64,000 nt of DNA from an uncultured Verrucomicrobiota bacterium (GTDB taxonomy: Bacteria; Verrucomicrobiota; Verrucomicrobiia; Opitutales; UBA9783): positions 311,017 through 375,016 of the forward strand of contig CABUVL010000001.1 in NCBI GenBank assembly GCA_902495005.1, in the 5' to 3' direction. Under the pieces are notes generated by a model, which ran no database searches, was not told the DNA's origin, and saw only the letters and a list, made by a program, of their open reading frames with translations. A program made the translations under genes and the position numbers. Shown one piece after another: positions 45,778-53,639 of this stretch (the stretch's first letter is position 1; each line of letters starts with the position of its first letter).

Positions 45778-46807
45778 CTTGGTTTTGATCGAGGTTCAGT
45801 TGGCCTTGGGCTTCAAGCTTATAAACAACGTCGATAATCTTTTGACGTGCGGCTTCAATCGTCTTAACGCGTTGAGGCCCAAGGTTGGAAATTTCTTCTT
45901 GGAGCGTTTCCGCCGCGCGCTTTGACATGGCGTTGGTTATGCATTGAAAGAGTTCTGCCGGTGCAGCTTTTAAGCTCATGATGAGATCGTTGTTGTCGAC
46001 CTCGCGGAGAATTTTTTGAAGATCAAAGTTCGACAGCTTAACGAGGTCTTCAAAGGTAAACAGGTACTTTTGTATGGCTTTTGTCAGCGGGGCATTTTTT
46101 TTCTCAAAGAACGCCAGCATTTGTTGCTTAATTTCTTTTTCATACGTATTGAGTATGTTGGCCACAGAAACGGGTCCCCCTTCAATGGCTTTCTTACGCT
46201 TGGAGAGACTTGTGTGGTTGTCGTGGGGGGCACAAAGTTTTTTGAGGACGCCGAGTAATTGTTCGATACATTGGGTGGAAATGGGGCCCATCGTGCCCAT
46301 TTGTAATAAAATGCTGACGCGCTTTTCTTGAGGAAAGTGGCTCAGCAAACGGGACACCGCGGAGGGAGGTAGGCAAGCGAGTAGAGAGGCGATTGTTTGT
46401 TCTTGTTCATCTTGCAGCGTGTTGCACAGTTGAATGGGGTCAATGCTTTCAACCAGTTGGGTCACTTGTGAACAGGCGGGCGCTTGGAGTGCGCGTGAAA
46501 ATAGGGTACGTGCGGTTTCGTCTCCTTTGGTTAAGGCGAGTGTCTTTTGAACTAAGTTGGCGTCGTTGACAACGTCATCTAGGTTGTTGACGATGATGTT
46601 GGAAAATTCTTCCAGCAGCGATTGCCTTAAGCTGGCTGAAATAAATTTGATGTGGGCCATTTCTCTGCAAACATTCACAAGGGTCCCTTCGTCAAATTGC
46701 TTCAGCAATGGAGCAGACGTCTCGGGCCCTAAGATCACAAAAAGGTGCGCCAACTTTTGTAGTTTTGTCAGCCCCTTATCATTTTCGTTTTCAGTCATTT
46801 CACTCAT
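45761..46807 (-). CDS. fliG: flagellar motor switch protein FliG
   Basis: LTKLQKLAHLFVILGPETSAPLLKQF N-domain. C-terminal torque-helix region (LQKILREVDNNDLIMSLKAAPAELFQCITNAMSKRAAETLQEE). Confidence 0.93.
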   Translation of the reverse strand: MSEMTENENDKGLTKLQKLAHLFVILGPETSAPLLKQFDEGTLVNVCREMAHIKFISASLRQSLLEEFSNIIVNNLDDVVNDANLVQKTLALTKGDETARTLFSRALQAPACSQVTQLVESIDPIQLCNTLQDEQEQTIASLLACLPPSAVSRLLSHFPQEKRVSILLQMGTMGPISTQCIEQLLGVLKKLCAPHDNHTSLSKRKKAIEGGPVSVANILNTYEKEIKQQMLAFFEKKNAPLTKAIQKYLFTFEDLVKLSNFDLQKILREVDNNDLIMSLKAAPAELFQCITNAMSKRAAETLQEEISNLGPQRVKTIEAARQKIIDVVYKLEAQGQLNLDQNQDEILL

Positions 46808-48336
46808 ACCTCATTTTTCATCCATATTTTGAGCGCATTGCTTACATTCTCAGGCTTTTGTTGAATGATGTTATTCAGCATTTCGGGGGTCAAAGTTTGT
46901 GTGGAAGCTGTTGATTTGCTTAAGCATGGGGTGTTGTTGTCGAGCAGTGTGAGCGCCGGTGTTTTTTGAGCTTTAGATTTTTTGAGAAAACGTAAGAGAA
47001 TGCCGAACAAGGTGAGGCAACAAATGATGCTTATGAAATTTTTGGCAATGGGCCCCCAACGAAATATTTGTTCACTTAAGGGCTGATCGAGCGCTGGAAA
47101 TTTATTCAAGGTTGTGGTGTTGAACGCGAGCTCTTGGACCGATACGTGTGCCAAGTTGTCGATGCCCAATGCGTTTGCAATCATTGCCTTAAGCGAATTA
47201 ATTTCGGCATCAGAACGGGTTTGGTACTGTCCCGGGTTGTTTTTGGACGCTTGTTGTGCGATAAAGACGGCGGCTGTTATTTTTTTGATGGTCCCGGGCG
47301 TCGCCACGATTTCGCGTGTGTATTTGTTGATATCGTAGGCGATGGTTCTATTTTTTTTATTTTCATTGGAAGAAATTTCACGCGCTTGGCCGCCATTGGC
47401 TTCACGTTCTTCCGCAGAACCTTGAAAGGCGTTAGATTCATTATTGGAAGAAGAATTTTCTTGGTAAGTTTGGGAGCGGACCACCTGACTTTCCGGATCG
47501 TACGTTTCTTCAACAATCGTGGTGGTTGTGTTTTCCAAGTCCACGGATACGCGTGCTACGACTTGTCCTTCTCCCAAGACAGAATGCAGCATGCTTTCTA
47601 TTTTTTTGCCAAAATAACTTTCCAAACTTTCCCGCATTTTGATGTGTGAAGAGGAGAGCCCCATAGAGCTCGATTTGGCCAGGTCTTCCGATAAAACCTT
47701 ACCGTGATTGTCAACGACGCTCACGTCGTCGAGTTTAAGGCCTTCCACAGAGTTGGCGACGAGGGAGCGTATGGCGTTTACGGCGGATTCTTGGAGTGAT
47801 AATCCTCCGGTGTCGACGAAGACAGAGGCCGTTGGATGCACGTTCGCTTGAGAGGCGAGCAGTTTGTTTTCGGGGACTACGATCATGACGCGTGCGTTGC
47901 GGATCCCATTCAACTCGGCAATGGTTCGTGACAACTCCCCTTGCAGGGCTCGCGTGTAGTTGGTCTTTTGCATGAAGTCACTGATACCAATGTAATTGCG
48001 GTCAAATATTTCATAGCCGACATCTTTGCCCGAAGGAATTCCTTTTTCCACCAATCCCATGCGAACCGTGTAAACGGATTTTTGTGGGACTAAGATGGAG
48101 TGCCCGCCGTTGGCCAATTGATACGGGATGCCTTGTTCTTCGAGTTCGGCCACGATATCGGACGCATCTTTGGCGTTTAATCCGCCGTACAGCAGTTGAA
48201 AATGAGGCCTATTGACCCAAAAGAGAAAAGTCGCGAAGCCCAAAGTAATGGCGAGAGTAGAGGCCAAAAAAGAGAGTTTTTGCCCGGTACTCAGTTGATC
48301 CCAAAATTTTTTAAGCTGTTTGACGAACGATTGCAT
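46804..48336 (-). CDS. fliF: flagellar M-ring protein FliF
   Basis: 510 aa. N-terminal TM, a YscJ/FliF periplasmic domain (LLYGGLNAKDASDIVAELEEQGIPYQL), a second TM and a C-terminal FliG-binding tail. ATGA overlap with fliG. Confidence 0.93.
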   Translation of the reverse strand: MQSFVKQLKKFWDQLSTGQKLSFLASTLAITLGFATFLFWVNRPHFQLLYGGLNAKDASDIVAELEEQGIPYQLANGGHSILVPQKSVYTVRMGLVEKGIPSGKDVGYEIFDRNYIGISDFMQKTNYTRALQGELSRTIAELNGIRNARVMIVVPENKLLASQANVHPTASVFVDTGGLSLQESAVNAIRSLVANSVEGLKLDDVSVVDNHGKVLSEDLAKSSSMGLSSSHIKMRESLESYFGKKIESMLHSVLGEGQVVARVSVDLENTTTTIVEETYDPESQVVRSQTYQENSSSNNESNAFQGSAEEREANGGQAREISSNENKKNRTIAYDINKYTREIVATPGTIKKITAAVFIAQQASKNNPGQYQTRSDAEINSLKAMIANALGIDNLAHVSVQELAFNTTTLNKFPALDQPLSEQIFRWGPIAKNFISIICCLTLFGILLRFLKKSKAQKTPALTLLDNNTPCLSKSTASTQTLTPEMLNNIIQQKPENVSNALKIWMKNEV

Positions 48337-48346
48337 AGGTCAATTC

Positions 48347-48757
48347 TCAAATGGACATGCGCATCAATTCCTTGAACCCTTCAACCAATTTGTTTCTCAT
48401 TTCTATTAATAGGGTGAAAGCGAGACCGGCTTCCTGGGTCGCTAAAATGCTTTGATGGAGGTTGTCGGTGCTACCGCTGAGTCCTTGGCGTGTCAGGTCT
48501 TGAGCAACTTGTTGTTTTTCGTTGATGGTGTCGATGAAATGTTCTACGGGTCGGTCAACCGTGACAGAATGAGAGGATGTTTTGTGAACGGGCACGGCGT
48601 CTATGCCCATGAGGTTTTTCTTTGCCTCTGCAATTGCTTGTTGGGTTGCTTTAGACAGGGTCGGCCGCGTTGTTTGACTGACGCCGGGTTTTAAAAAGGC
48701 TGAATCGTTAAAATTGATTTGCATTTGTTTTCCTTGAATGAGCATATTACTTGCCAA
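48347..48757 (-). CDS. fliE: flagellar hook-basal body complex protein FliE
   Basis: C-terminus ILATQEAGLAFTLLIEMRNKLVEGFKELMRMSI matches the FliE signature. The true start may be one of the internal Met codons (ORF start overlaps flgC by 11 nt). Confidence 0.8.
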   Translation of the reverse strand: MASNMLIQGKQMQINFNDSAFLKPGVSQTTRPTLSKATQQAIAEAKKNLMGIDAVPVHKTSSHSVTVDRPVEHFIDTINEKQQVAQDLTRQGLSGSTDNLHQSILATQEAGLAFTLLIEMRNKLVEGFKELMRMSI

Positions 48758-49157
48758 TTTGGATGGTTTTTTGAGCCATGTTTTGTGACAACTTGAAAGC
48801 TTTTAAGTTCGCTTCATAAAGTCTTGAGGCCATCATCATGTCGACCATTTCTTGGGAAACTTTAACGTTTGGCATTTGTACCATTCCTTGCGAATTGGCG
48901 TGTGGATGGCCCGGATTGTAAACGTAATGATCGGGGGCCTTGTCTTTCTGGATCGTCCGGACGTGTACGGTATTGTTACTCGGGTCGGAGTGATCCATGA
49001 GTGTTTCAAAGGCGACAATTTTACGTTGATAGGGCTTACCGTTGACGTCCTTGGTTGTTTGCGCGTTGGCAATATTTTCAGAAATCATTTGCATGTGTAT
49101 TTTTTGAGCGGCCAACGCACTGGCAGTCGATTCAAATCCTGGAATGAGGTGTGTCAT
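48747..49157 (-). CDS. flgC: flagellar basal-body rod protein FlgC
   Basis: ISENIANAQTT N-terminal rod motif and C-terminal VSQEMVDMMMASRLYEANLKAFK. 136 aa. Confidence 0.93.
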   Translation of the reverse strand: MTHLIPGFESTASALAAQKIHMQMISENIANAQTTKDVNGKPYQRKIVAFETLMDHSDPSNNTVHVRTIQKDKAPDHYVYNPGHPHANSQGMVQMPNVKVSQEMVDMMMASRLYEANLKAFKLSQNMAQKTIQIGK

Positions 49158-49169
49158 AGCTTGTAAAGT

Positions 49170-49517
49170 TTAGAAGGCATTACCGGTAATTGCGCTGCGA
49201 ATCATGCGCACATTCTCTTCGGCAACCTTTAGTAAAAATTGATGTTTGACGGCGTTTTCGTTGAGTTGCAGTAGTTCCCTGTCAATTTCGACGTTATTGC
49301 CATTGGCCTGACAGGAACTTTTTTCGTCCGTGTAGGTTGCTGGCCTGAGCTCCTGAAAACCTTTGAGGTCGCCCTCTGCAAGGCATTGGGTCAATTGTTG
49401 GTCAAATGATGGATCGACATCGATACGTTTGTAATGGGGGACTTGTGCATTTGCCAAGTTGGAAGAGAGGGCTTTTTGCCTTAAGACCACGGCATCCATT
49501 TGCTTTTTCGCTAACAT
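49170..49517 (-). CDS. flgB: flagellar basal-body rod protein FlgB
   Basis: SSNLANAQVPHYKR rod motif and C-terminal GNNVEIDRELLQLNENAVKHQFLL. ORF open to the ATG at 49553. The ATG at 49517 is preferred because it is preceded by AGGAG at 8-nt spacing. Confidence 0.88.
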   Translation of the reverse strand: MLAKKQMDAVVLRQKALSSNLANAQVPHYKRIDVDPSFDQQLTQCLAEGDLKGFQELRPATYTDEKSSCQANGNNVEIDRELLQLNENAVKHQFLLKVAEENVRMIRSAITGNAF

Positions 49518-49571
49518 GTAATTTTCTCCTAAGGCATGTGTGATGATGGTCATGGTAAGTTTTGATAATAT

Positions 49572-49587
49572 AGCACATTGCGTGCCA
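49572..49587 (-). promoter_or_regulatory. candidate sigma-54 (-24/-12) promoter of the flagellar operon
   Basis: The minus strand reads TTGGCACGCAATGTGCTAT. TGGCACG-N4-GTGCT compares with the consensus TGGCACG-N4-TTGCW, with GG and GC at the canonical spacing. It lies about 55 nt upstream of the SD-associated flgB ATG. Confidence 0.55.
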
Positions 49588-50042
49588 AAGTTATTTTTTT
49601 GTTGTTTAATTTATTGATATAGAGTGAATTTTTGACTACTAGTGTGCGTGAGTTTTTGCCTCTCTGCTACCTCGTTGACTTTTGATGGAAGAAGAATTCA
49701 TTGGACATTGAAGCGTTATGAGAAAAGGTAAGACAATGTTTCATTATCGATAATAAGGTGGGGAAGGTAACTGCGGTGCTTACAAATTTCTTAAGTAAGC
49801 AATCTAGCTATAAAGTAGTTGGCAATTATAAAACAATGAAAGTTAATCAAAACGTAAGTAGGCCTGTGCAGATAAAGGCAAGCGTCGTGTCAGTGGAATC
49901 GAATTGCCTTTTTTAATGACTTATTAAATGGGCGTTTTTGTTTGGGCGATAAGGGAATTGAACGGAGATTACCGTTGTTTTTGATTTGCAAAGAATTCAT
50001 AAAAAGCAACAATAAATAACTGTATGTAACGTGTAATGAACG

Positions 50043-50504
50043 ATGGGGTTATGGATTTTAGATGGTTATAACGTAATGCACGCCCTGCACAAGTTGGAGG
50101 GCATGGCATCTTTTGAACTTGCGCGAGACCGATTTATTGCGTGGGTCAGTGAATTCCAAAATCTGGAGGATAAGTCGCTAACCATCGTTTTCGATAACAA
50201 CGTAGAGCCCATCGCGGATAAGGTTATAGGGCATCGCGTCCGTGTGATTTACAGTTCTCGGGGCTTTAGTGCGGATGGAACCATACTGCAATTGGTGCGT
50301 GCCATGCCGCCTCAGGCTCGTAGCCAAGTGACCGTCGTGACAAGGGACAATGGCTTACGGGAAGCATTATTTTCTTATCATTGTGTGTTGGTTTCTCCTT
50401 TGGGATTTTTGAAAGAATTTCGCATGGGGCAAGCGCACCAAAATCGGACTGCGGAATCACACACATTTTTTTATCGGCCTTTTGAGGATTATTTCGGCGA
50501 GTGA
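50043..50504 (+). CDS. NYN/PIN-like domain protein (YacP/Rae1-like predicted RNase)
   Basis: WILDGYNVMHAL..., TIVFDN, and VIYSSRGFSADGTILQLV follow the YacP-type NYN layout. 153 aa. Confidence 0.65.
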   Translation: MGLWILDGYNVMHALHKLEGMASFELARDRFIAWVSEFQNLEDKSLTIVFDNNVEPIADKVIGHRVRVIYSSRGFSADGTILQLVRAMPPQARSQVTVVTRDNGLREALFSYHCVLVSPLGFLKEFRMGQAHQNRTAESHTFFYRPFEDYFGE

Positions 50505-51101
50505 GTGGGGCCTGGGGTTAAGACTACTTGGACGTTGAATGAGGGTCGCATAGGGTAGACGCATTAGAAGCCCATTGTTGTGGCACCGTATCCGATACCT
50601 CTGCGGGGGCAGCAGAATTGTTGGGGCTGATACTTCGTGGGCGATTAAACTCAAATGGCTGATAACTTAATTTCTACATCCTTTTTAAGATGAGACCTGC
50701 CGTAAAAAACATAAGCTAGCTGTCTGGAAACGAGCAATATTATTGAGAGTGCTGTTAGTTGTTAAGTCATTAAAATGAAGCCAGAATCGCGTTTATTGGT
50801 TGGGATTGCAAGAGCGCTTGCATTTAGGCCTACAACTTGTTAATTGTCATAAAAAATTACTTCGTCTTTGTAAGTGTAGGGCCCTCTGCTATGCAATCTA
50901 CGAGTACTTCCATCATTGAAAAAACGATGAATGCTGATGCAAGAGGAGGTGTACTGGGTGTAAGAGGTTTGCTCGGCTCGTTAAACGGATTGAGTCCTCG
51001 GGTCAATACGGCCCATTTATGTCGATGTATGCCTTTATTTTGCTCGGGTCGACTTGATTTTGTTGCTGGACTTCTCGTAAAAATTGGCCTATACTACCTT
51101 T

Positions 51102-52100
51102 ATGGAAACGATTGCATTATTCGGTGCGCAGGATTACGACAAATATTTTTTCAACAAGATAAATGACGAACATCGATTGGGTTTTTCTTTCAAATTTTTT
51201 GAAAAAAACCTGACGGAAGAGACGGTGTCGTTGGCCAAAGGCATCAAAGTGGTTTGTGTCTTTGTCAATGATACTGTGAATGCCGCCGTCATTGATACTT
51301 TATATAAGAATGGTACACGGCTTTTGGCCCTACGTTGTGCCGGGTTTAACAACGTTGATCTGGAAGCCGCTCGTGGCAAATTGAGTGTGGTTCGTGTGCC
51401 CGCTTATTCGCCGTACGCGGTGGCCGAGTACGCACTCGGTTTGATGTTGGCGTTGAATCGTAAAATCACGCGAGCCGTTTGTCGCACACGCAGTGGAAAT
51501 TTTTCGCTGAACGGTTTGTTGGGTTTTGACATGCACGAGAAGACCATTGGAATTGTGGGAACTGGAAAAATCGCCAAGGTTCTCATTCAATTGTTGGAGG
51601 GTTTTAAGGTTAACTTGTTGGCGTACGATATTTTTGAAGATAAAGAATTTGCTAAAGCTCACGGGGTTCGGTACACGACGCTGGATGAGTTGTTGGAAAA
51701 ATCGGATATCATTTCACTGCATTGCCCATTAACCCCCGAGACCCGTTATTTAATCAATGAGAACTCGATTCGAAAGATGAAGGAAGGCGTGCTCTTAATT
51801 AACACTGGTCGAGGACAGTTGGTCGATACCGCTGCACTGATTGAAGGCTTGAAGGAGCAACGGATCGCCGGAGCCGCATTGGATGTGTACGAAAGGGAAG
51901 GGGAATATTTTTATCGCGATTGTTCAAATCACGTTTTGCAAGATGATTTACTCGCTCGTTTGTTGTCGTTCAATAACGTGATTGTCAGCTCGCACCAGGC
52001 ATTTTTTACGCGAGAAGCGCTGACGAATATCGCCACGAGCACCTTGGAAAGTGTGCAAGCTTTTTTGGCCAACAAGCCTTTATTAAATGAGGTCAAGTGA
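51102..52100 (+). CDS. ldhA: D-lactate dehydrogenase / D-isomer-specific 2-hydroxyacid dehydrogenase
   Basis: The N-terminus parallels E. coli LdhA (..YDK.Y...N......F.FF...LTE.T...A.G...VC.FVND). GIVGTGKIA NAD-binding motif, and LINTGRG..VD with a later SSHQAF catalytic His region. ORF open from 51084, ATG at 51102. Confidence 0.85.
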   Translation: METIALFGAQDYDKYFFNKINDEHRLGFSFKFFEKNLTEETVSLAKGIKVVCVFVNDTVNAAVIDTLYKNGTRLLALRCAGFNNVDLEAARGKLSVVRVPAYSPYAVAEYALGLMLALNRKITRAVCRTRSGNFSLNGLLGFDMHEKTIGIVGTGKIAKVLIQLLEGFKVNLLAYDIFEDKEFAKAHGVRYTTLDELLEKSDIISLHCPLTPETRYLINENSIRKMKEGVLLINTGRGQLVDTAALIEGLKEQRIAGAALDVYEREGEYFYRDCSNHVLQDDLLARLLSFNNVIVSSHQAFFTREALTNIATSTLESVQAFLANKPLLNEVK

Positions 52101-52485
52101 TTGGCTTTGACGAAAGGCCTCTGTCGGTGATGCCGCAGTGGCTTTCGTGGGAGGTCGCTGAATGTTGTTGAGTGCGTTGTGAATGTATTTCTTCTTTATC
52201 AAATTACCGCAAACGACATTTAAGCGGCATCCTTATTTCAATGGGCCCGAATGCGCCGGGCGCTTAGCCGTATTTCTGGGTGCTTATTTTAAGATAGGTT
52301 CAGCTGTAGCCTTAAGCTGTATGGGCGAGTTGTTTTCGGATAAATAGGCTTTTTTTAGCGGCGCTTATTGATCAAATGATTGTAAACTGGACGTTTAGAA
52401 ATACTTTCAAGCGTATAATTTACGCTGTGCACTTTTAGTAGGTGTGCCTTTTTTTGAACAATATCCTTCGATTAACAGGGTATAT

Positions 52486-52521
52486 AACAAAAGGGCCAGC
52501 AGCTCCAACGCCACTGGCCCC
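52486..52521 (-). terminator. rho-independent terminator downstream of the LRR gene
   Basis: Stem GGGCCAG/CTGGCCC (52493..52520). On the minus strand it is followed by TTTTGTTAT. It lies about 23 nt after the stop at 52544. Confidence 0.65.
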
Positions 52522-52543
52522 TTAAAATCAGTTATTACGCATC

Positions 52544-53227
52544 TTATTCGCTGTATTGTACGTTACAGTTATCGGGAATGCCTATCCGTCTTTCTTGGCC
52601 CTCGAATCTTCTTGGAAGGGTAATACTCGTCAAGGCCCTACAGTCCGTAAACGCATCATCTCCTATGCGCGTCACGGTATTTGGAAGCGTGATATTGACC
52701 AAAGCGCTACAGCCACTAAAGGCCCGACCTCCTATGCTCGTCACAGAATTCGGGATCTCGATACTTTCCAAGGCCTTACAGCCCTTAAACGCATAATTGC
52801 CTATTTCTTCAAATCCATCTGGAATTATAATGTTATGTTGTTCACTTTCCTCAAAGCTATTGTTATTCAGTGTCGTCACAGATTCTGGTAACTCTATCCC
52901 GCATAACTTTTTTTCTCCAAACCACACATGCCGCCCTATAATGTCTACTAGGTTGTAGATCACAATACTTCCTAAGGCGCTACAGTCCTTAAACGCATGA
53001 TCTCCTATGCTCGTCACGGAAGCCGGGATCGTGATATTGTTCAAGGCGCTACAGCCATAAAACGCAGCATCTCCTATGTGCGTCACATTGTTTGAAAACT
53101 TGACACTCGTAATTTGCGACTTATCGACAGGTTTATTTCCATTCTCGTCATGCAGTCCATTTCTATCATAGATCCACTCTCCATGAGCACTCAACAAGCT
53201 GGTGCCCAGCAGCAGCGGCGTTAACAA
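52544..53227 (-). CDS. BspA-type leucine-rich repeat (LRR_5) protein, secreted
   Basis: Repeated units of about 23 aa: IP.SVT.IG..AF..C.AL..I.(I/L)P. N-terminus LTPLLLGTSLLSAHG looks like the h- and c-regions of a signal peptide. Start uncertain (TTG at 53227; see finding). Confidence 0.8.
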   Translation of the reverse strand: MLTPLLLGTSLLSAHGEWIYDRNGLHDENGNKPVDKSQITSVKFSNNVTHIGDAAFYGCSALNNITIPASVTSIGDHAFKDCSALGSIVIYNLVDIIGRHVWFGEKKLCGIELPESVTTLNNNSFEESEQHNIIIPDGFEEIGNYAFKGCKALESIEIPNSVTSIGGRAFSGCSALVNITLPNTVTRIGDDAFTDCRALTSITLPRRFEGQERRIGIPDNCNVQYSE

Positions 53228-53639
53228 TTTCCTTTAGGTTTCTTTCAATTTTAATGTTCATAATCTTAATATTGAATTAATTAAAAATAATCAGCTTTAA
53301 TATATTATTAATTTTGTAAAGAAAAATTTGTTATTTTGTACAATTCATGTATTTTATTTTGCCATCTTAGTACATAAAGCTTAATTAAGCATAACACAAA
53401 AGGGAGGTATGGTCAAGTGCTGATGCACCTTGTTCCAAAATACATTTATCATATTTTTTGTGTCTCTAGCATTTTTCTCGGCCAGATGCTAGATTGACCC
53501 CAATTACATTGTGTTTGTCGAATAGAGCGTTGAATAAATTTGGAAAATCTCGCCGAATACTTGAATATAAAATCCAACGTCTTATGCTGGCATTCTTTGA
53601 CCGTGGGCCTTGAAATCGAAAATCGATGGGCTAAGTTAT

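Noticed and set aside
47134-47649. Long antisense or alternative-frame ORFs inside recognised genes. Examples: 47134..47649 in fliF, 3454..3969 in the PFK-like gene, 40085..40573 in flgE, 10403..10828 in serS, 28755..29141 in leuS, 60889..61377 opposite 60531..61364, and 61480..61857 opposite the ECF sigma gene.
   Set aside because: Each lies opposite, or out of frame to, a gene with clear family motifs. Their translations are R/C/H/W-rich shadow sequences with no motifs.
50837-51166. 109-aa plus-strand ORF upstream of and overlapping ldhA.
   Set aside because: It overlaps the well-supported ldhA start out of frame. Its composition is atypical (C/R/G-rich) and it has no motif.
52560-53100. 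Tandem DNA repeats of about 69 nt that could be mistaken for a repeat array or CRISPR.
   Set aside because: They are in frame and encode the 23-residue LRR_5 units of one continuous ORF. There is no repeat-spacer architecture and there are no cas genes.
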